This document shows, in pieces, positions 20,093 to 30,131 of a DNA stretch of 64,000 nt (its first letter is position 1; every line of letters begins with the position of its first letter). Position numbers and translations under genes: made by a program. Origin of the DNA: Candidatus Moraniibacteriota bacterium (GTDB taxonomy: Bacteria > Patescibacteriota > Minisyncoccia > Moranbacterales > UBA1568); assembly GCA_013334575.1 (NCBI GenBank), contig JAAXXG010000002.1, positions 69,377 to 133,376 on the forward strand. Direction: 5' to 3'. A model generated the notes under the pieces. The model had not been told where the DNA came from. It did no database searches and saw only the letters and a program-made list of their open reading frames with translations.

Positions 20093-20168
20093 TTTCATCG
20101 AAAAAATGAGGCTTATATAAGCGACTAAGTAATTAGTTTTCGGATTTCAAATAATAAGGAATACCGAA

Positions 20169-20795
20169 CTAAACATCGTTGATCGATATATCTGCGACCC
20201 CAGACACCGGGTTGCGCCAAAAAAAGATTCTTCTCCGTTCAATTACGAGTATCAGGGTCATATTCACGACCGAAAGGTAAACCGGAAATGCAAGACCGGA
20301 AAAATTCCATGATTCCACGACTGCAAACCCCGTCAAGGCATTCAGCAGACCGGTAAGAAATGCAACAGCGGATTCTGATTCTGGATGACTCCACGACTTC
20401 ATGATCGTAGGTACGGCAGCAAGCAAATCGCTAGCTATCGCAAAAACAATGGCAATATTTGGCTCCTTGGTAATTCCCCATAAAACAAGCGCGAGCAAAG
20501 AAAACAGACCGCATGCATAATCGGACGTTTGTAGTCTCCAGAATCCCTTTCTATTTAAGAACGATGCGAGAAAGACAAGAAATGGAATGAATCCGGACAT
20601 AAATACCGGAACGACTGCGAGACCGACCCCCTTCGCAATCCCCGCTCCCGTTGCAATCATCGGCGCAATCGACCACAAAAGCCACGAAATCCGGTTCGGG
20701 CGAGTTCTCCCCGCCAAAGTTTCTCGGATATACGCGAATCCACCGAACAGATTTATCGCCGCACCCACAAAAACAAGATATGCCATATCGATCAT
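20169..20795 (-). CDS. integral membrane protein, unknown function
   Basis: 208 aa with 5-6 hydrophobic helices. Confidence 0.45.
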   Translation of the reverse strand: MIDMAYLVFVGAAINLFGGFAYIRETLAGRTRPNRISWLLWSIAPMIATGAGIAKGVGLAVVPVFMSGFIPFLVFLASFLNRKGFWRLQTSDYACGLFSLLALVLWGITKEPNIAIVFAIASDLLAAVPTIMKSWSHPESESAVAFLTGLLNALTGFAVVESWNFSGLAFPVYLSVVNMTLILVIERRRIFFWRNPVSGVADISINDV

Positions 20796-21328
20796 AAGCC
20801 AAATAAACGCGTATACCCGAACCGTTTCAGATCGGGAGCGATGTCGTCGTAGGTCTTGCCCGCGAGGAATCCGCCGGCGATGAACTCTTCCTGCGTGACC
20901 TCGGAGAGGCAGAAGTCCGGCATCGGGAACGCATCCTTCTCCGCCTCGGTCTCGAATTCGAAATCGACGAGGACGAGTCCCTCGAGCGCGGCCGCAAACA
21001 CGTCCACCTCCGCCGTGAGCCCCTCGTATCCGTACCGGTAGCGGACCTTATCGACCCGCTTTCCGGGAACGGACGAGAGCGCGGCATACTCTTCCTCCGA
21101 CAGTCTGATCGTCTGTTCCTCCATCCGGGACGAGTCCGCTTCCGTAAGCTGTGTCTTCTTCGTCATCTCGTATCGGTCGCCGTTCTTCCGCAGACGGAGC
21201 ACCGGGTGTCGCGCGATAACCGGCAGATAGATATCGAGCATCTCCTTACTCGGGGCATCGGAAAGCCCCTCCGGCGGCCGCTTCGCGAGATAGGTCCGTT
21301 CGAGTTCGATCATAGGAGGTGCGGTCAC
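20792..21328 (-). CDS. CYTH-domain protein (CyaB/ThTPase-like triphosphate tunnel enzyme)
   Basis: N-terminal ELERTYL (E-x-E-x-K-like) and acidic beta-strand motifs VRYRY, VDVF, LVLVDFEFE. 4-nt overlap with the downstream gene. Confidence 0.6.
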   Translation of the reverse strand: MTAPPMIELERTYLAKRPPEGLSDAPSKEMLDIYLPVIARHPVLRLRKNGDRYEMTKKTQLTEADSSRMEEQTIRLSEEEYAALSSVPGKRVDKVRYRYGYEGLTAEVDVFAAALEGLVLVDFEFETEAEKDAFPMPDFCLSEVTQEEFIAGGFLAGKTYDDIAPDLKRFGYTRLFGL

Positions 21329-21351
21329 ATATGTTCATCCCCATCTTCCCA

Positions 21352-21387
21352 CCGAAAAACCCGCCTGTAAAGCGGGTTTGTTGTTTC
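21352..21387 (-). terminator. intrinsic terminator downstream of 21398..21757
   Basis: Hairpin aaacccgcctgtaaagcgggttt followed by TTTTTCGG on the minus strand. Confidence 0.5.
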
Positions 21388-21397
21388 AGATATTCCC

Positions 21398-21757
21398 CTA
21401 TTCCTCGCGCTTGCCGGTATTCTCAAACGGATCCATCGCTTTCCGGACTTGCTCGACTTCCTTCTCCGCTGCCAACCGGTCGAGTCTCGGTTTCATGATT
21501 TCCTCTTCAAGAGGCGAACCCGGAAACTCGACGGTCTCACGGATTATTTCCTGGTCCGCAGCATCATCCCTTCGTTCCTCCTCGTACTGCTGCTGATATT
21601 TCTCGTCACTTTCCCGCATAAGCGCTTGCAAACGCTCCTCATCCGGGAGCGGTGCCCGATTCGCATTCTTGAACTCGATATCGGCCGCTATCAAAGCGGC
21701 CTCGTCATCCGGATCCGGCTCCTGGACCGGATATGTGAACTTCTCTTTCATATTCAC
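21398..21757 (-). CDS. hypothetical acidic protein
   Basis: 119-aa ORF with high Glu/Asp content. No motifs. Confidence 0.35.
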   Translation of the reverse strand: MNMKEKFTYPVQEPDPDDEAALIAADIEFKNANRAPLPDEERLQALMRESDEKYQQQYEEERRDDAADQEIIRETVEFPGSPLEEEIMKPRLDRLAAEKEVEQVRKAMDPFENTGKREE

Positions 21758-21809
21758 TCTTATCCGATTATGACCATAACTGCACGGGCGAAAACCGAGA
21801 CCAAGCTCC

Positions 21810-22805
21810 CTATTTCACCTTCGCGACGACGACCGATTCCCCTTCGGACAGCCCCGATTTGATCTCGATGGTCCCCTCGTCGCCCTCGATGCCGAGCATC
21901 ACTTCGCGCCGCTCGGACGAGATACCGTCGGGAGACACGTCCACGAACGCCTTGCTTCCCTGCCGGGTAACCGCGCGGAACGGCACCGAAAGCGCGTTCT
22001 CGGCCTTGGCCGTCACGATATCGATGGTCGCGCTCATCCCCTCGCGCAGGCGCGAATCGGCGTCGGCCATCCGGAACCGCGTCACGTAGGAAACGACATC
22101 CTGTACGACGGTAGCCGACGGCTCTATCTCGTAGATCTCGGAACGGAACACGTCGTCTTTGGTAAGCGCGTCAAAGGTGACGTCACCTTCCATCCCGTCA
22201 TGCAGCTTCGTCACGTCGGCTTCCGGAACCCGGGATTCCAGGATGAGGCCTTCACCGGCCGACACCCGACCCACGATGCTTCCCGCGATCGCGGTTTCCC
22301 CCTCGCGCAGGTCGAGCCGGGTCACGACGCCGTCCATCGGCGAGACGATGTCCGCCTCGGCGATCTGCGTTCCCAGGGTGCGAACCTTCTGCCGCGCCTG
22401 CTCGGTCGTCAATTTCTTCGCCTCGCGTTCCTCGGGCTTCAGCGAATCCCACCCGCGCCGGGCGAGCTTCTCGGCTTCGACGGCGATATCGAGCGCGATC
22501 TGCGCGTCGTGCAGCTGCGAGCGCAGTACGGAGGTGTCGAGGGTCGCGACCGTCTGTCCCTTCTTCACCGTATCGCCCCGCGTCACGAGCACCTTCCCGA
22601 CCGTTCCGACCGACGCATACGAAAGGTCGGCGTACGACTTCGGTACGAGCTCGCCGGTCACCGACACGGTCTGCATGACCGTCGCCCGTGAGACGGCTTC
22701 GGTCTCGTACAGACGCTTCGGTGGGCGCGTCATGAACCACGCGACCGTTCCGATCACCGCGACCGCCAAGACCGACAGCCAGACGACTTTCGTTCTTCTC
22801 TTCAT
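21810..22805 (-). CDS. HlyD-family periplasmic adaptor (membrane fusion protein)
   Basis: N-terminal TM, lipoyl/beta-barrel hairpin architecture. Motifs VKKGQTVATLD and VSPMDGVVT. Confidence 0.7.
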   Translation of the reverse strand: MKRRTKVVWLSVLAVAVIGTVAWFMTRPPKRLYETEAVSRATVMQTVSVTGELVPKSYADLSYASVGTVGKVLVTRGDTVKKGQTVATLDTSVLRSQLHDAQIALDIAVEAEKLARRGWDSLKPEEREAKKLTTEQARQKVRTLGTQIAEADIVSPMDGVVTRLDLREGETAIAGSIVGRVSAGEGLILESRVPEADVTKLHDGMEGDVTFDALTKDDVFRSEIYEIEPSATVVQDVVSYVTRFRMADADSRLREGMSATIDIVTAKAENALSVPFRAVTRQGSKAFVDVSPDGISSERREVMLGIEGDEGTIEIKSGLSEGESVVVAKVK

Positions 22806-22826
22806 ACGACCGTTCCGACGTTAGTT

Positions 22827-23265
22827 TCAAAACATGCGCTCCTGCGCCGCCGCGGCGGCCGCACCGTCCATCGCCTTGTTCGCTTCGGCGTCCGCGACCG
22901 TGTTCCGCTCGCGGGGCACGTGCGAGAACTCCACCTGACCGAAATCGAGCATCAGGTTCCACACCTCGAAGAAGAGCGGCTGAAGCTTCCCGTTCTCGAT
23001 CTTGTAGACATGGTTGAGCTGGCGGCACGCGAGCTCCGAATCCATCCGGCAGTCGATCCGGCACTTCTTGGCCCGATCCTTGCCGATGAGCGCCTTTATC
23101 TTGCGCAGACCGGCAGCGATAGCGGCGTATTCGGCTTCGTTGTTCGTCTTCGTGCCCAGGAACTCGCCGAAGCGCTTGTCGAGCGTCTCTATGAAGACAC
23201 CCAGGGCCGCCGGCCCCGGGTTTCCCCTCGATCCCCCGTCCGTATACATGACGATGGTTTCCATA
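22827..23265 (-). CDS. rnhA: ribonuclease H (RNase HI-type)
   Basis: METIVMYTDGGSRGNPGPAALG and NNEAEYAAI motifs. Start at rc ATG 23263-23265. Confidence 0.75.
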
Positions 23266-23281
23266 GAAGAAGTATAGCACA

Positions 23282-24970
23282 TCAGGCGGAACGCCGAAGA
23301 TCGATAAGCTTCAGCTGCACCGTCACGCGGCCGTTCCATTCGTTCTCATCGAGCTGGAAAAGTATGTCGACCGCGTCGCCAGAAACGATGCCGGCAGCCG
23401 TGTCGGCGAGCGAGAACCCGATCGCGTCAACCGTCCTGCCATCGGGAAGAGAGAGGGCAAGTTTCACATGCTTGCCGTCGGAACCGACCGGACGGATCTC
23501 GGCGACCCGGACCCCCTCGAGCAGGAAGACCGGCTCGGGATTCCCTTCGCCGAACGGCGCCAACCGCCGAACCTGTCGGACGAAATCAAGAGTGATGAGC
23601 GGATGCGGCAGACGCAGGTCCGCGGCAGGTCCCGGCTCCGGAAGCGCTCCTCCCATCCGCTCGGCAGCCAGGCGCTCGAGCCGCTCCTCGAGTTCCGGGA
23701 GGTGTTCGTTCCGCACCGTAAGCCCCGCCGCCTGCGAGTGCCCGCCGAACCGCTCCAGGATGTCGGCACACTCTCCGATCGCCTCTATGATATTGAGACC
23801 CGGGACGCTCCGGAGCGATCCACGGCTCGTCTCCTCTCCCTTCGTGAGGACGATGGTCGGACGCCCGAACTCGTTGGCGATACGGCCGGCCACCAGTCCG
23901 ACCACCCCGAAATGGAAATCCTCATGCGCGGCGAACACGAACCTGCGATCCGACCGGGCGAACGCCGTCTCGCGGACCGATTTGGCGATCCCATCGGAAA
24001 CCTTGCGACGCTCGACATTGTACGACTCGAGGATATCCGCGAGTTCCCCGGCCCGGTCGGCATCCTCCTCGACCAGCAGGTCGTGCGCCGCACGTGCATG
24101 CGCCATCCGGCTCGCAGCGTTCAGTCGCGGCGCGACATGGAACGCGATATCACGGGCGACCGGCGCCCTCCCGTCCGGCGCGATACGCGCGCGGGAAATC
24201 ATCTCGCGGAACCCGTTCCGACGGGTCTTGCCGAGCACGATGAGCCCGAAGGTCACGATGACGCGATTTTCGCCGATAAGCGGCATGACGTCGGCCACCG
24301 TTCCGACCGCCGCCACGTCGAGGAACCACTTGAGCTGTCCGTATTCATCCGGAAAGAACTCGAGATACACGGCCTGCAGTACCTTGAAGGCGATCCCGGC
24401 CCCGCAGAGCTCCTTGAAGGGATACGGTTCGCCGGGCAACCGCGGATTGATTATCGCGTACGCGTCGGGAAGGGTTTCCGGGACATGATGATGATCCATG
24501 ATGATCACGTCCATGCCGCGACGGTTCGCATCGGCGACCGCCTCGTGGTCCGTCATCCCGCAGTCGACGACACACACGAGCGTAACACCCTCGGCAGCGA
24601 AGGATTCCAGGGCGCGCAGGCTCAGTCCGTGCCCTTCGGCATGCTTGTCCGGAATATAGGTCGTGACCGGGACGCCAATCTTCGTCAGCGCCTCGCGCAG
24701 GAGAACCGACGACGTGATCCCGTCCGCATCGAAGTCCCCGAAAATGCCGACCTGCTCGCCCGCATCGCGCGCGGAGCGGAGCCTGTCCATGACCCGCCGC
24801 ATCGACCGGAACAGGAAGGGATCATGCAATCCGCGGTCGTAATCCGGCAGAAGGAACGCCTTGCGGTCCTCTTCCGTGACGATGCCGCGCAACGAAAGCA
24901 GCCTCTCGATTATCAATGCCGGGTCCGGAGCGATATCCTCTTCCGTTTTCGGATTCCATACGGACGGCAT
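23282..24970 (-). CDS. recJ: single-stranded-DNA-specific exonuclease RecJ
   Basis: DHH motifs (IFGDFDADGITS, DHH), DHHA1 region and C-terminal OB domain. 562 aa. Confidence 0.85.
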   Translation of the reverse strand: MPSVWNPKTEEDIAPDPALIIERLLSLRGIVTEEDRKAFLLPDYDRGLHDPFLFRSMRRVMDRLRSARDAGEQVGIFGDFDADGITSSVLLREALTKIGVPVTTYIPDKHAEGHGLSLRALESFAAEGVTLVCVVDCGMTDHEAVADANRRGMDVIIMDHHHVPETLPDAYAIINPRLPGEPYPFKELCGAGIAFKVLQAVYLEFFPDEYGQLKWFLDVAAVGTVADVMPLIGENRVIVTFGLIVLGKTRRNGFREMISRARIAPDGRAPVARDIAFHVAPRLNAASRMAHARAAHDLLVEEDADRAGELADILESYNVERRKVSDGIAKSVRETAFARSDRRFVFAAHEDFHFGVVGLVAGRIANEFGRPTIVLTKGEETSRGSLRSVPGLNIIEAIGECADILERFGGHSQAAGLTVRNEHLPELEERLERLAAERMGGALPEPGPAADLRLPHPLITLDFVRQVRRLAPFGEGNPEPVFLLEGVRVAEIRPVGSDGKHVKLALSLPDGRTVDAIGFSLADTAAGIVSGDAVDILFQLDENEWNGRVTVQLKLIDLRRSA

Positions 24971-25045
24971 ACGATGATCGACACGGAATAAGACCGAAGG
25001 CCCCGAGCCCCTCGAGGACCCGGAGCCGGAGACATGAAAACGGGA

Positions 25046-25597
25046 TCAGATACAGACGAGCTCCGCCTCGAACCGGCGAGAGTTCGCATCCTTGAGGGTC
25101 AGCCGAAAGGCAAGCTTCTCGCCGCCTTCGGAACAGAGAAAGTCGCGGTTGAGACCGAGATCCTGCGCGAGCCGTTGCGCGTCGAGCTCGTAAGGATTCG
25201 GGACAACAAGATACTGCGAGTGGGAGAAGAGCGCATTCAGACGGCCCAGGATGTCGCGCGGCGGCGACATGGTCGTCACGAAGAAATCGTTCACCCCGAG
25301 CACCTGTGCGCGGGCGCGGTCCTCCTCGCGGCCCATGTGTGACAGGAAAATGACCGGGATATTCGCGGTCATCACGTTCCGTTTCAGACTCTCCACCAAG
25401 CCGAACCCGTCCATCCGCGGCATGATGATACCGGTAAGGATCACGTCCGGCGTCACCTGACTCACTTTCTCGAGACCATCGAGACCGTCGACCGCCTCGA
25501 TGACATCGAATCCTTCCTGGCGGAGGATTTCCACGAAGAGCGCCCTGGTCTCGGTATCGTCGTCGATCACGAGGACGTTCCGCTTCACATTTTCCAT
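25046..25597 (-). CDS. response regulator receiver-domain protein with uncharacterized C-terminal region
   Basis: CheY-like VLVIDDD ... DVILTGIIMPRMDG. Confidence 0.65.
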   Translation of the reverse strand: MENVKRNVLVIDDDTETRALFVEILRQEGFDVIEAVDGLDGLEKVSQVTPDVILTGIIMPRMDGFGLVESLKRNVMTANIPVIFLSHMGREEDRARAQVLGVNDFFVTTMSPPRDILGRLNALFSHSQYLVVPNPYELDAQRLAQDLGLNRDFLCSEGGEKLAFRLTLKDANSRRFEAELVCI

Positions 25598-25699
25598 AGA
25601 TCGCACGTTACACCACGCATACGTGCCGATTATACCAGGAAAAGAAGGAACCGAAAAACCGGCCCGAAAAGCGGGCCGGCCATATGCGAAGTCCGTATC

Positions 25700-26791
25700 C
25701 TATCCCTTCCGCTCGGTATCCCGGAGCTGTTCCACGAGCTTCCGCTCCTTTCCCGAAAGATGTTTCGGAACGGCGACCGTCACCGTCACGAGATGGTCGC
25801 CCTGTCCGAAGCCGCGGACGTTCCGAAGGCCCTTGCCCCGTATACGGAACACTTCGCCGGGCTGCGTTCCCGCAGGAATCTTCATACGGACCGGCCCCTC
25901 GACCGTCTCGACGGAAACCGTATCGCCAAGCGCTGCCTGCGCGTACGAGATCGGCATCTTCGAAAGCACCGTCTCGCCGCGACGCATCAGCGTCGGATGA
26001 GGCTTTACATGCACCGCGACAAACAGGTCTCCCGACGGAGCGCCCGGCTCACCGGCCGCCCCCTTGCCTGGAACCGAGATCACCTGACCGTCGTCGATAC
26101 CGGCCGGAATCCGTACCGTCACTTCATCCTCGCCCGTCATCCGGCCGGTCCCGTGACATTTCGGACAGTCCTCCTCGAAGCGCTTCCCCTTCCCGTGACA
26201 TTTCGGACACTGTACGACCTGCTCGAAGGTTCCCAGGACGCTGCGGACCGCCTGCCTGATACGGCCGCTGCCACCGCAATCGGAACACGAAACCTCCTTC
26301 GACCCTTTCTTTCCCCCGGTACCCCCGCATTCCGTACATGGGATCGCCTTCCGGATACGAACCGTCTTCTCCGTGCCCGAGACCATCTCCATGAACGGAA
26401 TTTCCACATCGACCTGGATATCGGAACCCGCCCGCGGCCCACGCGAACGTGCCCCGGCAAAGCCTCCGCCGAACAGGTCCGAGAAGATGTCCTCGAAACC
26501 GCCTCCGCCGCCGAACTGGAAATCGCCGAAGTCGAACCCGCCCGCCTGACCGCCGGAAAACCCGCCGAACCCCGTCGGCCCGTCGGCACTCCCGAACTGG
26601 TCGTACCGCTTGCGCTTTTCCGGATCCGAGAGCACGCCGTATGCCTCGTTCGCCTCCTTGAACTTGGCTTCGTCGCCGCCCTGCTTGTCCGGATGGTGCT
26701 TATGCGCGAGCTTTCGGAACGCCTTCTTGATGTCGTCCTGCGACGCATCCTTCGACACGCCGAGAATGGAATAGTAGTCCTTGTTCGCCAT
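25700..26791 (-). CDS. dnaJ: molecular chaperone DnaJ
   Basis: J-domain with HPD (YYSILGV...HHPDK), G/F-rich linker and four CxxCxGxG zinc motifs. Starts MANKDYY. Confidence 0.9.
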   Translation of the reverse strand: MANKDYYSILGVSKDASQDDIKKAFRKLAHKHHPDKQGGDEAKFKEANEAYGVLSDPEKRKRYDQFGSADGPTGFGGFSGGQAGGFDFGDFQFGGGGGFEDIFSDLFGGGFAGARSRGPRAGSDIQVDVEIPFMEMVSGTEKTVRIRKAIPCTECGGTGGKKGSKEVSCSDCGGSGRIRQAVRSVLGTFEQVVQCPKCHGKGKRFEEDCPKCHGTGRMTGEDEVTVRIPAGIDDGQVISVPGKGAAGEPGAPSGDLFVAVHVKPHPTLMRRGETVLSKMPISYAQAALGDTVSVETVEGPVRMKIPAGTQPGEVFRIRGKGLRNVRGFGQGDHLVTVTVAVPKHLSGKERKLVEQLRDTERKG

Positions 26792-26834
26792 AGGTTCGAT
26801 CCGTTTCCTTCCACTGTACATGAAAACGAAAAAA

Positions 26835-26861
26835 TTAGCAATCTCTTTAAGAGAGTGCTAA
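26835..26861 (-). promoter_or_regulatory. CIRCE-like inverted repeat (HrcA operator) upstream of dnaJ
   Basis: TTAGCAATC-N9-GAGTGCTAA about 45 bp upstream of the dnaJ start. Same variant arms as the clpB copy. Confidence 0.7.
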
Positions 26862-26882
26862 GAACACTCATCATCACTCTAT

Positions 26883-26911
26883 TTGACAATATCTAATATA
26901 TATAGTATACT
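26883..26911 (+). promoter_or_regulatory. candidate sigma70-type promoter
   Basis: TTGACA-17 nt-TATACT in the AT-rich spacer upstream of ORF 26994..27338. Confidence 0.35.
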
Positions 26912-26993
26912 TATTAACACAATCGATAGCGTAGAAATTTTATAACATAAAAAAGCCGTAGGAATTGCTTCTCCGGCAAAGGAGCTAGGAAAA

Positions 26994-27338
26994 ATGATTG
27001 TTATCAGATCATGGTGCTTGCCGGCACTTGATGAACAAGCGTTGAACGACTTACACGATTCGATCGTTAAGGCCGTAATTTCAACGCCGACCTCTGGGGT
27101 GAAGTCGGAAAAAGACATGCTCAATCTCTTCCCTTCCGACATGATGACTTACGGATTAGGGTGTGAGGTGTACGTCGAAATCATGCATCTCCCGGAAAGG
27201 ATGCTGCCTTTCGAACGCCAGGTACTTGGTAACCTGGTCCGGACCGAGATTTGCAACGCCCTTGAGCGCTCGGGGGAAAAGCCTCCGAACATGCAGCTCT
27301 TTATCCCCGCGACGCATCCCGACGACATCGTCATGTAA
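26994..27338 (+). CDS. hypothetical protein
   Basis: AAAGGAG RBS 8 nt upstream. 114 aa. Followed by a strong terminator. Confidence 0.4.
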   Translation: MIVIRSWCLPALDEQALNDLHDSIVKAVISTPTSGVKSEKDMLNLFPSDMMTYGLGCEVYVEIMHLPERMLPFERQVLGNLVRTEICNALERSGEKPPNMQLFIPATHPDDIVM

Positions 27339-27342
27339 CGTT

Positions 27343-27390
27343 CCCGCTACACAGAGAATCCTCTGCATACGTGTAGCGGGTTTTCTGTTT
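27343..27390 (+). terminator. intrinsic terminator
   Basis: cccgctacac ... gtgtagcggg stem followed by TTTTCTGTTT. Confidence 0.55.
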
Positions 27391-27431
27391 CCCGCGGTTC
27401 CAAGTATCGAAATCAATTCGAAGGATTCGCA

Positions 27432-28493
27432 TCAAAGCCCGTTCTTTGCCTTGTTGGCGACGTGCTCCTCGAAAGTCTCGGCGAAGACCGTCTCGCCGGT
27501 CTCGGGATTATTCAGGAAATACAGGTACCGGTTCGGTGTCGGATCGAGCACGGCCCGGATCGCGGAAAGTCCCGGGTTCGAAATCGGGCCGGGCGGCAGC
27601 CCCTTGTTCGCATAGGTGTTGTACGGCGAATCGACGGCGATATCCTTGAGTGAGTGCTTGACTTTGGTCTCGCCGAGCGCGTACCGGACGGTCGCGTCGC
27701 TCTGAAGCGGCATACCGAGCGCGATCCGACGCAGGAAGAGGTCCGCGACGACCCCGCGGTCCGCATCGGTCCGAACTTCGGTCTCCACGATGCTCGCCAG
27801 CGTAAGCGCCTCGAACCGCTGTTCGGCCGGTTTCCGCTTCAGAAGCGGCTCGACGGTCTTTCCGAACGCGTCGAGCATCTTTCCGATTACGGCATCCGTT
27901 CCCTGTGTCGGATCGAAAAAGTACGTGTCCGGAAACAGGAACCCCTCGAGAGAGGCTCCTGCCGGCGCAACCGAAAGGAACGGATACCGTTCCCGAAGCG
28001 CGGCAGCGGGATGAGCGACCGCCGACAGGAACGATGCTCCGTCGAAACCGGCAGCATCGAGCCTTTCCGCCATCTCCGCGGCCGTGAGTCCTTCCGGAAA
28101 CGTCACCTTCACCCCCTTCTCGACCGTCTCGCCGCGGACGATCTTCCGCGCGATATCGGGAATCGACATCTCGCCCGAGAGCGCATACCGGCCGGCCAGC
28201 AAACGCGTCCGAAGTCCTTCACGGAACACGTGATACAGGAAAGGAAGCTCGGAAGCGATGACGCCGCGCCTTCTGAGATCCGTCGCGAGCACGACGACAC
28301 CCTCCCGTTCGCCGACGGTGACGATGACCGGACCGGACCCACCCCGGGAATCCTCGACCGAACGCGACAGCACGGCCAGTCCGATGCCGATAAATACCGC
28401 GATGCCCACCACGAAAAACACGGTCGCCCGTGCGAGACGTACAAACATATTCCGGCTTTTCGGGGCGGGCGGGTTTGTTTCGGTAGTATCCAT
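27432..28493 (-). CDS. mltG: endolytic murein transglycosylase MltG (YceG family)
   Basis: LEGFLFPDTYFF and GLPPGPISNPG motifs. Start taken at MDTTETNP (rc ATG 28491-28493) to avoid the overlap with pcm. Confidence 0.8.
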   Translation of the reverse strand: MDTTETNPPAPKSRNMFVRLARATVFFVVGIAVFIGIGLAVLSRSVEDSRGGSGPVIVTVGEREGVVVLATDLRRRGVIASELPFLYHVFREGLRTRLLAGRYALSGEMSIPDIARKIVRGETVEKGVKVTFPEGLTAAEMAERLDAAGFDGASFLSAVAHPAAALRERYPFLSVAPAGASLEGFLFPDTYFFDPTQGTDAVIGKMLDAFGKTVEPLLKRKPAEQRFEALTLASIVETEVRTDADRGVVADLFLRRIALGMPLQSDATVRYALGETKVKHSLKDIAVDSPYNTYANKGLPPGPISNPGLSAIRAVLDPTPNRYLYFLNNPETGETVFAETFEEHVANKAKNGL

Positions 28494-28500
28494 ATCCTGT

Positions 28501-29133
28501 TCAGGTCGTCGCGGGCGAGTTCTCGATAAGCGGGACGAATATGAATCCCGCGAACCGCTCGACATAGAAGTCGTCTTTGCCACGCTTCTCGACGTATGCG
28601 AGGGAATTATAGATGGGCATCACCATCTTGCCGCCGATCGTCAACTGTTCCTTGTACGTGTCCGGAATTTCCTCCAACGAGGCGGACACGAGAATCCGGT
28701 CGTACGGAGCGTCCTTCGCATACCCCTGAGACCCGTCGCCAAGCACGCACTTCACCCGCTTGAGCGAGACGAATCCGAACTTGTCGATATTCTTCTTTCC
28801 GAAGTCGTACAGTTCCGGAATCCGCTCCACCGCCACGACGGACCCTTCATCACCGACGACCTCCGCCATAAGCGCCGACGTCCACCCTGAGCCGCTACCG
28901 ATATCCAACACCTTCTGGCCCGGGCGGAGATCAAGCAGTTCGAGCATCATCGCTACCGTCAGCGGTTGCGAGATCGTCTGGCCGTATCCGATCGGAAGCG
29001 GAATGTTCGTATCCGCCTCCGAAACGAACTCCTCGGGAACGAATTCCTCGCGACCGATACGGTTGAACGCGTCGATGAGCGCATCGGACTTGAGATACCC
29101 CTGAGTGATGAGATTGTTGATGAGTCGGCTCAT
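28501..29133 (-). CDS. pcm: protein-L-isoaspartate O-methyltransferase
   Basis: ISQPLTVAMML, SAM-binding VLDIGSGSGW and ILVSAS motifs. Confidence 0.85.
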   Translation of the reverse strand: MSRLINNLITQGYLKSDALIDAFNRIGREEFVPEEFVSEADTNIPLPIGYGQTISQPLTVAMMLELLDLRPGQKVLDIGSGSGWTSALMAEVVGDEGSVVAVERIPELYDFGKKNIDKFGFVSLKRVKCVLGDGSQGYAKDAPYDRILVSASLEEIPDTYKEQLTIGGKMVMPIYNSLAYVEKRGKDDFYVERFAGFIFVPLIENSPATT

Positions 29134-29158
29134 GATCGGAAACGTTCGTGACGGACGG

Positions 29159-29599
29159 CTATTCGCCCATGACCTGGACGACCACGTCGCGCTTGCGCGA
29201 ACCGTCGAACTCGACGGCGAATACGGTCTGCAGGTCGGTTAGCATGAGATGTCCACGCTCGACCGGGATCGTCTCACTCGAACCGAGCAGGAGCGTCTTG
29301 CAGTGCGAGTGACCGTTCGAACGGCCGTCGGATTTCATGCCGCGCTGGAGTTCGAACAGGTCGTGAGAATACTGGTCATCCACCGGAACGACCCGATAGA
29401 GGATGCGCATGAAGTCCTGCAGAAGCAAAGGCTCGTTATGATTGATCACGACGCTCAGCGTCGTATGCGGAGAAAAGACCGTCACGACCCCCTCCCGGAT
29501 CCCGGACTTCGCGAGAATCTCGGATATGCGGTCGGTCAGATTCACGAACTCGATCTGCGTCTTCGTCTCGAATTCGATACGTTCCCGGAAAATCTTCAT
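29159..29599 (-). CDS. YjbQ/UPF0047 family protein
   Basis: MKIFRERIEFETKTQIEFVNLTD ... VVINHNE ... HSHCKTLLLG, typical of the YjbQ fold. Confidence 0.65.
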   Translation of the reverse strand: MKIFRERIEFETKTQIEFVNLTDRISEILAKSGIREGVVTVFSPHTTLSVVINHNEPLLLQDFMRILYRVVPVDDQYSHDLFELQRGMKSDGRSNGHSHCKTLLLGSSETIPVERGHLMLTDLQTVFAVEFDGSRKRDVVVQVMGE

Positions 29600-29648
29600 A
29601 GCTTTTCTGTTTGTCACTTTATCGTACTATCGCGCCGTCACACGGCGC

Positions 29649-29963
29649 CTAGACCGACATGAGTTCGTCCTTGAGGCGGTCCTTCGTCTGGATGCCCATG
29701 AATTCCTTCACGACCTTCCCGCTCTTGAAGATCTTGAGCGTAGGGAGGGACATGACGTCGTATTCGGCCGCCGTATCGGGATTCTCATCGACGTTGAGCG
29801 CACCGACCTTCGCCCCCGTAACCTCCTCGGAAACACCCTTTACGATGGGCTCCATCATCTGACACGGACCACACCACGGAGCGAAGAAATCCACTAGGAT
29901 CGGAACGTCACACTCGAGGACCTCTTTCTTGAAATTCTTGTCCGTCAGATGGATCGCTGCCAT
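29649..29963 (-). CDS. trxA: thioredoxin
   Basis: WCGPC active site and full Trx fold. 104 aa. The rest of the 349-aa ORF is antisense read-through of the exonuclease gene. Confidence 0.85.
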   Translation of the reverse strand: MAAIHLTDKNFKKEVLECDVPILVDFFAPWCGPCQMMEPIVKGVSEEVTGAKVGALNVDENPDTAAEYDVMSLPTLKIFKSGKVVKEFMGIQTKDRLKDELMSV

Positions 29964-30131
29964 ACGAATTGTCTTCAAAATGTTCGAATCTGCCTCGGCT
30001 ACACAAACGCCGATATCATCATCAGTATATCGCCGCCTCGGATGGAGGTCAAAACGGGATCGGCAGACCTTGCCGCCGCAGCCGCCTTCAGCGATACTGG
30101 AAAACAGAAACACCCCCCTAACCATACCGTC

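Noticed and set aside
22920-24488. 522-aa plus-strand ORF
   Set aside because: Antisense to recJ and rnhA. Ser/Arg/Ala-rich with no motifs.
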